DNA of 64,000 bases from Prochloraceae cyanobacterium (GTDB lineage: Bacteria > Cyanobacteriota > Cyanobacteriia > Cyanobacteriales > JASJDA01). Below are positions 46,782-54,983 of the stretch, piece after piece (within the stretch, counting starts at the first letter, position 1; every line of letters starts with the position of its first letter). The translations under genes were made by a program, and so were the position numbers. The notes under the pieces are model-generated. The model was not told the DNA's origin. It searched no databases and saw only the letters and a program-made list of their open reading frames with translations. The stretch is taken from assembly GCA_030065755.1 (NCBI GenBank), contig JASJDA010000001.1:24822-88821 (forward strand). The letters run 5' to 3'.

Positions 46782-47003
46782 ATGACGAGCAAACATCGCT
46801 TCCAAGATGCATTTACCTTAGCAGAAGAAGCAGAAAGACTAGGAAAAAAAGCGCTCTCGTTAGGACTAATCCCTAGTTTGACCGTACATCTGTTTTCAGA
46901 CTGCTGGCAATTTTCCTTACCTAACGGGGAAGAATCGGAAACTCTTACCCCAGAAGAAGCGTACCTTCGCTTCAAAAAACTTGTCGAACAATCCGGTCAA
47001 TAA
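46782..47003 (+). CDS. Small hypothetical protein upstream of sdhB
   Basis: AGGAGG lies 6 nt upstream of the ATG. The ORF is 73 aa. Confidence 0.55.
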   Translation: MTSKHRFQDAFTLAEEAERLGKKALSLGLIPSLTVHLFSDCWQFSLPNGEESETLTPEEAYLRFKKLVEQSGQ

Positions 47004-47033
47004 GCAAACTCTCACTATTTGATTAATTTGTTC

Positions 47034-48044
47034 ATGCAAGTACTTTTTAAAGTGATTAGACAAAAAAACAATAGCCCTCCTAGAGTTCAGACTTATTCCC
47101 TCGATGTGGAGCCAGAGAATACGATTCTTGACTGTCTGAATCGAATAAAGTGGGAACTAGACGGGAGTTTAACGTTTCGCAAAAATTGCCGCAATGTCAT
47201 TTGCGGTAGCTGCGCGATGAGAATTAATGGTCGGTCAGCGTTAGCTTGTAAAGAAAACGTCAGCAGTGAACTGACGCGACGGCAACAACAATTAAGCTCT
47301 AAAACGCCAGAGATTATAGTAGCTCCGATGGGCAATATGCCCGTGATTAAGGATTTAATAGTGGACATGACAAGTTTCTGGCAACATCTCGAAGCTGTCG
47401 AGCCGTATATCAGCACCAGTTCTAGGGCTATTCCAGAACGAGAGTTTTTACAAACCCCTCAAGAGCGAGCGCAGTTAAATCAAACAGGCAACTGCATTAT
47501 GTGCGGTGCTTGTTATTCTGAATGCAATGCCCGCGAGGTGAACCCTGATTTTGTCGGACCCCATGCCTTAGCCAAAGCACAGCGGATGTTGATAGATTCG
47601 CGAGATCGAGCGACGAAAGTACGCCTCGAAAAATACAATCAAGGAACTAAAGGAGTCTGGGGCTGTACTCGCTGTTATATGTGCGATGCAGTTTGTCCGA
47701 TGGGAGTAGCCCCGATGGAGCAAATCAGTCAAATTAAACAGCAAATTCTTAAAGGTAAGGAGGCTTCAGAGAGCCGCTCCATCCGCCACCGAAAAGTATT
47801 AGTGAATTTAGTCAAACAAGGAGGCTGGATTGACGAGCGTCAGTTTGCTCTGATGGTAGTAGGGAATTATTTTCGAGATCTGCAGGGCTTGCTCGGTCTG
47901 GTGCCTTTAGGATTGCATATGCTTTGTCGGGGCAAGTTTCCTTTGGGTTTCAAGCCTTCAGAAGGGATCTCGCAAGTGCGAGGGCTCATTGAATCAGTGC
48001 AACAAGCTTCTGGCGAACTGACTCAGACTCAGGGAGAGCCTTAA
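47034..48044 (+). CDS. sdhB: Succinate dehydrogenase/fumarate reductase iron-sulfur subunit (cyanobacterial long form)
   Basis: A 2Fe-2S region (FRKNCRNVICGSCAMRINGRSALAC) and cluster motifs CIMCGACYSEC and CTRCYMCDAVCP. Confidence 0.88.
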   Translation: MQVLFKVIRQKNNSPPRVQTYSLDVEPENTILDCLNRIKWELDGSLTFRKNCRNVICGSCAMRINGRSALACKENVSSELTRRQQQLSSKTPEIIVAPMGNMPVIKDLIVDMTSFWQHLEAVEPYISTSSRAIPEREFLQTPQERAQLNQTGNCIMCGACYSECNAREVNPDFVGPHALAKAQRMLIDSRDRATKVRLEKYNQGTKGVWGCTRCYMCDAVCPMGVAPMEQISQIKQQILKGKEASESRSIRHRKVLVNLVKQGGWIDERQFALMVVGNYFRDLQGLLGLVPLGLHMLCRGKFPLGFKPSEGISQVRGLIESVQQASGELTQTQGEP

Positions 48045-48186
48045 AACAGTCAACAGTGAACAGTTATCAGTTATCAGGTCTCCCTCATGGATTTAAACCA
48101 AGAGAGAGACATTCTACCTATAAAGGTAGGGGGACTGTCGATCCCACTCACAACTGATAACTGATAACTGGTAACTGACAACTGTT
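48045..48186. repeat. Two STRR heptamer arrays in inverted orientation (AACAGTN... / AACTGRN...) flanking about 70 bp
   Basis: Direct reading. The left arm is 48045-48079 and the right arm is 48152-48186, and they are imperfectly complementary. Confidence 0.85.
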
Positions 48187-48215
48187 AAAACGGGTTTTTA
48201 GCAATCGGAAAAAAA

Positions 48216-49058
48216 ATGAGTACCTTTTTAACAACTAAAAGTGCTGCGCAAAAGCAGCAAAAAGAAAAAATTCTCAATCCTATTAATCCCACTCAGGTTA
48301 CTCAAAACCTATCAGAAAATATTGTTCTGACCACATTAGATGACCTCTACAATTGGGCGCGGCTTTCTAGCCTCTGGCCGTTAATGTTCGGTACGGCTTG
48401 TTGCTTCATTGAATTTGCCGCCATGATTGGCTCGCGCTTTGACTTCGACCGCTTTGGTCTGGTACCGCGTAACAGCCCTCGCCAAGCAGATCTGATTATT
48501 ACTGCGGGAACTATCACCATGAAGATGGCTCCTGCATTGGTAAGGCTCTACGATCAAATGCCAGAGCCAAAATACGTGATGGCTATGGGCGCTTGCACTA
48601 TCACAGGGGGTATGTTCAGCAGCGACTCTACTACAGCGGTTAAAGGGGTAGACAAGCTAATTCCTGTAGATGTTTATATACCTGGATGTCCGCCTCGCCC
48701 AGAAGCCATTTTTGATGCTATTATCAAGTTACGCAAAAAAGTAGCCAATGAATCAATACAAGAGAGAGCAGCAGTTAGACAGCAAACCCATCGTTACTAT
48801 ACCATCCACCACAACCTCAAAGCGGTTCCTCCTATCCACACTGGCAAATATCTCGCCTCTCCAACTCGTCAAACCCCACCAAGGGAATTAACTGCAGCTA
48901 TGGGAATGCCCTTACCTTCTGTTCTGGCTGCTTCACAGAAGGAAGAAGGAGAGCAAGACCAACCCATCAATCAACATTCTTCTGGTAAGGGAAAAAGATC
49001 CAATGTACCAATTTCCAAGAGGTCTATTGCATTCGATCGAGGGTGCGATACTGAATAG
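48216..49058 (+). CDS. ndhK: NAD(P)H-quinone oxidoreductase subunit K (NuoB homologue)
   Basis: [19 protein letters not shown] and [11 protein letters not shown] are the N2 cluster ligand motifs. The C-terminal about 40 aa may be read-through. Confidence 0.92.
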   Translation: MSTFLTTKSAAQKQQKEKILNPINPTQVTQNLSENIVLTTLDDLYNWARLSSLWPLMFGTACCFIEFAAMIGSRFDFDRFGLVPRNSPRQADLIITAGTITMKMAPALVRLYDQMPEPKYVMAMGACTITGGMFSSDSTTAVKGVDKLIPVDVYIPGCPPRPEAIFDAIIKLRKKVANESIQERAAVRQQTHRYYTIHHNLKAVPPIHTGKYLASPTRQTPPRELTAAMGMPLPSVLAASQKEEGEQDQPINQHSSGKGKRSNVPISKRSIAFDRGCDTE

Positions 49059-50553
49059 CTTCTGCTATACGATCGCTTTTTATCTCCTCCTCTCCAGCCA
49101 AATCTGCAATAGTACGAGATACTTTTAAGATGCGATCCATTGCCCTAGCAGAAAGTCCTAATTTGCGAATCGCCCCTTCTAATAAATTGCGACTAACATT
49201 ATCTAATTGGCAAAAACGACGCAATTGAGAAGATTGCATTTGAGCATTACAATTTACATTGGTTTCTTTTTGAAAGCGGTGAAGGGCGCGATCGCGTGCT
49301 GCTATGACCCTTTCTTTGACAGATGAAGAATCCTCGCCAGTTTCAGCTCCGATCATCTCTTCGGGTTTGAGACGATTAACAGCCACTTGCAAGTCAATTC
49401 TATCCATCAAGGGACCAGAAAGTTTAGCCCAATACTGTTCTCTTTGTCGCGGGGAACAACTACAACCTTGAATCGGATCGCCAAAATAGCCACAAGGACA
49501 GGGATTGGTACTAGCGACGAGAGTAAATTGTGCGGGAAAAGCGACTGACTGACGGGTACGAGAAATAGTAACGCACCCATCTTCTAAAGGTTGGCGGAGA
49601 TATTCTAAAACATTGCGTTTGAATTCCGTTAGTTCGTCTAAAAATAATACCCCGTGATGAGCTAATGATATCTCTCCAGGACGGGGAAAACTACCGCCTC
49701 CAACTAAAGAAGGACCGGAGGCAGAATGATGAGGACTGCGAAAGGGTCTTTCTCTTATCAGAGAGCCTCTATTTTTGAGAAATCCAGCTACAGAATATAT
49801 TTGAGAAACTTCTAAGGCTTCTTTAAAGCTTAACGAAGGTAAAATACCAGGTAAGCGTCTGGCTAACATAGTTTTACCACTACCTGGAGGGCCGACAAAG
49901 ATTAAATTGTGCCCTCCAGCAGCAGCAATTTCTAGGGCGCGACGGGCGTGGGATTGTCCTTTAACATCTTTTAGGTCTGGGATAGTTAGGGAAAATATTT
50001 GACGGTCTTTCTTTTTATCTAATTGAAAGGGAGTATATTTTTCGGGGCGATCGAGAAAGTCGGCTACTTCTTGGAGGTGCTTAAACCCGTAAACATTTAT
50101 ATCTTCAACTACGGCCGCTTCCTCAACATTATTAGCAGGGACTATCAACCCAACTATATCCAAGCTTTTTGCTGCTGCAGCGATCGGTAATACTCCTGCT
50201 ACCGATCGCAAACTGCCGTCGAGAGAGACTTCTCCTAAAAATAAATGATCTCCTAACAATTGAGGATTTATCTGTTCGGAGGCGGCTAAAATCCCTACAC
50301 TAATAGGTAAATCGAAACTAGGGCCTTCTTTACGCAAGTCCGCAGGAGTGAGGTTAATGACAATTTTACGTAAGGGGAAGGCAAAACCAGCATTTTTTAA
50401 AGCTGACTTGACCCTCTCTTTAGATTCTTGTACTGCTGTATCTGGTAACCCGACAACAATAATTTTAGGCAGTCCGCCAGATACGTCTATTTCTACTCCC
50501 ACTTTAACTGCATTGATACCGAGTATCGAAGCACTCCAAACCCTAGCTAGCAT
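49024..50553 (-). CDS. YifB/ComM-family Mg-chelatase-like AAA+ ATPase
   Basis: An N-terminal Lon-protease-like domain ([29 protein letters not shown]), Walker [15 protein letters not shown], and a C-terminal ChlI-like domain. Confidence 0.9.
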   Translation of the reverse strand: MLARVWSASILGINAVKVGVEIDVSGGLPKIIVVGLPDTAVQESKERVKSALKNAGFAFPLRKIVINLTPADLRKEGPSFDLPISVGILAASEQINPQLLGDHLFLGEVSLDGSLRSVAGVLPIAAAAKSLDIVGLIVPANNVEEAAVVEDINVYGFKHLQEVADFLDRPEKYTPFQLDKKKDRQIFSLTIPDLKDVKGQSHARRALEIAAAGGHNLIFVGPPGSGKTMLARRLPGILPSLSFKEALEVSQIYSVAGFLKNRGSLIRERPFRSPHHSASGPSLVGGGSFPRPGEISLAHHGVLFLDELTEFKRNVLEYLRQPLEDGCVTISRTRQSVAFPAQFTLVASTNPCPCGYFGDPIQGCSCSPRQREQYWAKLSGPLMDRIDLQVAVNRLKPEEMIGAETGEDSSSVKERVIAARDRALHRFQKETNVNCNAQMQSSQLRRFCQLDNVSRNLLEGAIRKLGLSARAMDRILKVSRTIADLAGEEEIKSDRIAEAIQYRTLDRMQ

Positions 50554-50778
50554 ATTAATTCATATAAGCTTTCAGCACGAGTATAGTGGCGATCGCCTCG
50601 GTAAATTAACCGATAAATTACGGAAATTAAACGATCGAGGATAAAGAATAAAAAAGAAACAACGAACTTCACTTAATCATTAAGATTTTAATCACCGATC
50701 GAGGGTAATTCATATGACCTCGCGAACCAGACTGAGATACAATTCATTTGAGATACTCCGAGATTTATATAAATTTTT

Positions 50779-52416
50779 ATGAACTCTATTATTAATAAGA
50801 TTTTACAAAAGGGCAAATATCTTGTTTTAGAAGAATTAAAATCCGATAGTTTTAGTATCCTTTACAAAGGAGTCAACCAAATTTCAAAAGAAGTAGTGTC
50901 AATTGAAACGATCGACACAAATTTATTGTTGCCCAGTGACCTTAACGATCTAAAAAAACAGTTTTTAAATAAAGCCAGAAAACTGGTTAAATGTTGCCAC
51001 CCAAAAATAATTAAATTCCGCGAATTTTTTACAGAAAGCGGACTTCCCTACATAGTGAAGGAATACATTACTGGCTCTACCTTAGACAGTATAGTAATGC
51101 CCGATCGACCCATTTCTGAAGCCATAGCTGTTGATTACATTCGGCAGGTAGGAGAAGCTCTCAAAGTAATACATTCAAATGGGTTCCTACATTTAGGCAT
51201 TAAACCGCAAAATTTGCTTTTATGTAAAGAAAACCAAGAAGTGAGGCTAAAAAACTTTGGTATCGATCGAGAATTTTTATCACAAAAAACTAAAGAGCTT
51301 TTGATTACCTCTGAATACGCAGCGATCGAACAGGAGCGACCCGAAGCAATTCTCACTCCTGCTACTGATATATATAGTTTAGCTGCTACTCTTTATACTT
51401 TACTCACAGGTAGAGTTCCTCTAGAAGCAGACTTGCGCGTTCGCTATGTTAATATTCTCAGATCGCCAAAGGATATACAGAGTGAATTAAGTGAAAATGT
51501 CTCAGAAGCGATAATGCGAGGAATGGAGCTAGAAGCGCACAAGCGTCCAGCTAGCGTCGATGAATGGCTCTCTCTGCTTCCTCATACTTCTCATAAAAAT
51601 TCCTTAGATCTACAAACAGTTGAAACGGATATCCTTGAAGATCCTCCAACAGATGAATTAGAAAATATTGCCATTACTGATGAATTTTTACAACCAATTC
51701 GAGAAGAACTAACCAGACAGATAGGTCCTGTTGGGGGTTATATTATTGACAATATTTTAGAGGACAATCCTCAGATAACTCCCGAACAATTGTTGGAATG
51801 TATGGCGGATGAAATTAATAAATTCCACAATCTCATTCTTAATGGGGAATGTTTACAAGATGTTGGAGAAGAGCTAAATAAAGAGAACGAGGTTGACTTG
51901 CCCTTTGACGTTGTTCTACCCTCATCAGAAGAGATAAAAAGTGAATTACACGAACATGTTTCAGAAGCGCGACCTATTCCTAAGAAAGATTCTTTAGTTG
52001 TACAAGAAGTTGAGATGGAGATATTTAAAGAGACCCCAACAAAGGAATTAGAAAATATTGCTCTTACTGATGACTTTTTACAAGAGGTTAGAGAAGAGAT
52101 AATTAAACAGATAGGGCCTATTGGCAGCTATATTATTGACAATATTTTAGAGGAAAATCCCCAGATAACTGCCGAACAATTTTTGGAATGCATGACGGAT
52201 AAAATTAATAAATCTTATAATATCGTCCTTACTGAGGGATTTTTACAAGAGGTTAGAGAAGAAATAACTAAACAGATAGGGCCTATTGGCGGCCATATTA
52301 TTGATAATATTCTAGAGGAAAATCCCCAGATAACTCCAAAACAACTAGTGAAACTTATGGAAGCTAAGATCGGCAAATCCCAAAAGGATTGGAAATTTCA
52401 ACACAATTTACCGTAA
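50779..52416 (+). CDS. Ser/Thr-kinase-fold pseudokinase with a triplicated C-terminal module
   Basis: The kinase fold is recognisable (HPKIIKF, YIVKEYITGSTL, DIYSLAATLYTLLTGRVP). The catalytic positions are substituted: VSIE for VAIK (E at 50905-50907), HLG for HRD (G at 51196-51198), and NFG for DFG (N at 51253-51255). There is no GxGxxG loop. Confidence 0.8.
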   Translation: MNSIINKILQKGKYLVLEELKSDSFSILYKGVNQISKEVVSIETIDTNLLLPSDLNDLKKQFLNKARKLVKCCHPKIIKFREFFTESGLPYIVKEYITGSTLDSIVMPDRPISEAIAVDYIRQVGEALKVIHSNGFLHLGIKPQNLLLCKENQEVRLKNFGIDREFLSQKTKELLITSEYAAIEQERPEAILTPATDIYSLAATLYTLLTGRVPLEADLRVRYVNILRSPKDIQSELSENVSEAIMRGMELEAHKRPASVDEWLSLLPHTSHKNSLDLQTVETDILEDPPTDELENIAITDEFLQPIREELTRQIGPVGGYIIDNILEDNPQITPEQLLECMADEINKFHNLILNGECLQDVGEELNKENEVDLPFDVVLPSSEEIKSELHEHVSEARPIPKKDSLVVQEVEMEIFKETPTKELENIALTDDFLQEVREEIIKQIGPIGSYIIDNILEENPQITAEQFLECMTDKINKSYNIVLTEGFLQEVREEITKQIGPIGGHIIDNILEENPQITPKQLVKLMEAKIGKSQKDWKFQHNLP

Positions 52417-52466
52417 CTTCTATGGATTAAACTTAGAAAGCACGCGAGCATTTATCTTAGAAAAAG

Positions 52467-53237
52467 ATGCTAGATTGGGATAATTTTTCTTTTCGCGATC
52501 GAGATTTAGAGCATAAAGTCTATTATAAAGGTTCTGGACCAGCAGTTCTGATTATGCACGAATTGCCTGGTTTAGTACCAGAATGCGTTCAATTTGCTCG
52601 GCGAATTGTAGATAGAGGTTATACAGTTTATCTTCCTCTATTTTTCGGTCAACCAAACCAGCCGATGAGTTTGCTGGGTACTCTTAAATACACTTTTCAT
52701 ATATGTATTAGCAAAGAGTTTCGCACTTTAGCTAAAAATAAATCTAGTCCCATTACAGAATGGTTGAGGGCGCTTTGTCGAGATATTTATGCTAAATGTG
52801 GAGGTGTAGGTGTAGGAGCAATTGGCATGTGTTTGACAGGTGGTTTTGCTCTCTCTTTAATGATTGACGAACGAGTTATGGCTCCAGTTTTGAGTCAACC
52901 TTCTCTTCCTTTTAGCATAAGTAGAGAACACCGCAAAGCTCTTGGCATATCTCCAGAGGAACTAGAAAAAGCTAAACAAAGAGCTAAAGAATGTCCCATT
53001 TTAGCCTTAAGATATGAAGAAGATTCTATTTCTCCAGCCGATCGCTTTGAAACCCTCAAACAAGAGTTTGGCGATAACATAGAACTCTATATTATTAGCG
53101 AGCAACAAAGAAAAGATAGTGGGATAAAAACAAGCATTCCCCATGCGGTGCTGACAGTACACGCATTTGAGGAGGCTATAGTTAGAGTATTGAAATTTTT
53201 AGACGCAAGACTCAAACCAATTAATAACCCAAACTAA
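52467..53237 (+). CDS. Dienelactone hydrolase-family alpha/beta hydrolase
   Basis: GPAVLIMHELPGL, and a nucleophile elbow GMCLTGG (Cys type, as in DLH). Confidence 0.7.
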   Translation: MLDWDNFSFRDRDLEHKVYYKGSGPAVLIMHELPGLVPECVQFARRIVDRGYTVYLPLFFGQPNQPMSLLGTLKYTFHICISKEFRTLAKNKSSPITEWLRALCRDIYAKCGGVGVGAIGMCLTGGFALSLMIDERVMAPVLSQPSLPFSISREHRKALGISPEELEKAKQRAKECPILALRYEEDSISPADRFETLKQEFGDNIELYIISEQQRKDSGIKTSIPHAVLTVHAFEEAIVRVLKFLDARLKPINNPN

Positions 53238-54012
53238 TTTGACCAGGTTGAAGGCATATTTCAGTAACTGTACCAGGCGAGCGCATCCTAACTCGCAATT
53301 CTCCTTGAGAAGTTACTCCCACAACTTCCCCAGGACAGCCATTTATTACCACAGAATGACCCATACTGTCAAGGATTTCTAGATAAGAAGCTAGTAGAGT
53401 TTCGATTCCTTCTGCGATATACCTTTGGTATCCAGATAAAATTCCAACGGTGGTTGTGGCGGCTAAAATTTCTAGGGAAGTAATTGAAGATGTATTAGGC
53501 TGTTGTTTGAAGAAAGATTCGAGATTAATACCCATATCTGGGACTGGGTTAGTCCAATTGATACCAACTCCAATAACTGCTTGGGTAATTTCTCCCTCTC
53601 TGGTGCGGACTTCCGTTTTAATACCGCCGAGTTTGCCTTTTTGTAGAATTAAATCGTTAGGCCATTTAACTACAATCGGTATATTATTATTGCGCAGAGC
53701 ATTAGCAATTCCCCAGGCAGATGATAGGGTTAGATGAGGTGCGTCGATCGCTTTTATCTGGGTAGCTAAAGCAACAGATAAATATAGTCCCCCAGGTAAA
53801 GATTGCCAATACCTTCCCCATTGTCCTCTTCCTGCAGTTTGTTGGGATGCGATCGCCACAATGGGTAAAGTGTGACCTCGATCGATAAATTCCCAGAGTT
53901 TTTGATTAGTAGAAGCAATGCGATCGAAGATATGAACCGATAGTTTAAGTTTTTTTCGATCGCCAGAAAAATTGAGTAAAGCTGTGTCAAACTGAAGTCG
54001 ATCGAATCCCAC
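53221..54012 (-). CDS. birA: Biotin--[acetyl-CoA-carboxylase] ligase
   Basis: QQTAGRGQWGRYWQSLPGGLYLS is the GRGRxGRxW biotin-binding loop, together with KWPNDL. The start is GTG, and there is no N-terminal HTH (group I BPL). Confidence 0.88.
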   Translation of the reverse strand: MGFDRLQFDTALLNFSGDRKKLKLSVHIFDRIASTNQKLWEFIDRGHTLPIVAIASQQTAGRGQWGRYWQSLPGGLYLSVALATQIKAIDAPHLTLSSAWGIANALRNNNIPIVVKWPNDLILQKGKLGGIKTEVRTREGEITQAVIGVGINWTNPVPDMGINLESFFKQQPNTSSITSLEILAATTTVGILSGYQRYIAEGIETLLASYLEILDSMGHSVVINGCPGEVVGVTSQGELRVRMRSPGTVTEICLQPGQISLGY

Positions 54013-54044
54013 AATTAAAAACTAAATAGATTATCTCTAATTTT

Positions 54045-54866
54045 ATGAAAATATCTACCTCTGCGATCGGCGAGAGTGAAACTGTTACTTCTAATTGGCA
54101 ATGGCAACATTGGGAAGGTATGCCATATTTAACTTGTAACTTACTACAAGAGTGGCAGCACGGCTTTTTTAGCCGACAATTTTACCCTCGATCGCCGGAA
54201 ACACTAGTAAAAATTTTACACCCCAATGCCAAAGTTTATCGCGTGCAACAAGTTCACGGCAATAAAGTATTATTACCAACAGAAATAGAAGCAGCAATGA
54301 GTGAGGAAGATTCAAATACAAATTTACCTCCTGCTGACGGTATTGTTACTGATGGGAAACAACAAGCAGTATGGGTAGCTGGTGCTGATTGTACCCCAGT
54401 ATTAATTGGCGATGTCATTAGTGGAAAAGTAGGGGCTGTACACGCAGGTTGGCGAGGGACAGCACAAAAAATTGTGCCAGAGGCAATCGGTCATTTTCTA
54501 TCTTCTGGTAGCTCTTTAGATAATCTCCGTATTGCTATGGGGCCTGCTATTAATGGGAAAATATATCAAGTTTCAGAATTTGTAGCAGCAGAAATAGGCG
54601 CGAGTATTGTTTCTGTCGATCGCAAAGAAGCTGTTTTAGAGGCTATGTGGGAGTTAGCAGACTCGCCATTATTAGAAGATTCTCAACCAGGACGGGTGCG
54701 CTTGGACGTGAGGAGAGTAAATGAAATACAGATCGAACAATTAGGGATCGGTAAACAACAAATTTCGATCGCGCCTTTTTGTACTTACCAGCAAGAGGAG
54801 TATTTCTTTTCTTATCGACGCACTAATCAAAAGAAGGTTCAGTGGTCGGGAATTGTCAGTAAATAA
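54045..54866 (+). CDS. pgeF: Peptidoglycan editing factor PgeF / YfiH (laccase-domain protein)
   Basis: QVHGNKV, ADGIVT, ADCTPVLI, HAGWRGT and CTY...FFSYRR motifs. Confidence 0.88.
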   Translation: MKISTSAIGESETVTSNWQWQHWEGMPYLTCNLLQEWQHGFFSRQFYPRSPETLVKILHPNAKVYRVQQVHGNKVLLPTEIEAAMSEEDSNTNLPPADGIVTDGKQQAVWVAGADCTPVLIGDVISGKVGAVHAGWRGTAQKIVPEAIGHFLSSGSSLDNLRIAMGPAINGKIYQVSEFVAAEIGASIVSVDRKEAVLEAMWELADSPLLEDSQPGRVRLDVRRVNEIQIEQLGIGKQQISIAPFCTYQQEEYFFSYRRTNQKKVQWSGIVSK

Positions 54867-54983
54867 ACTACCCCTCCCTATCAACAGACCTACGGTCTGA
54901 CTGATAGAAAGGGGTTTTCAGTAGCCCTAAGTCATCGCCAATTGAAAGTGTCGATCGCCATAAATACGTCAAATTTAACTCTA

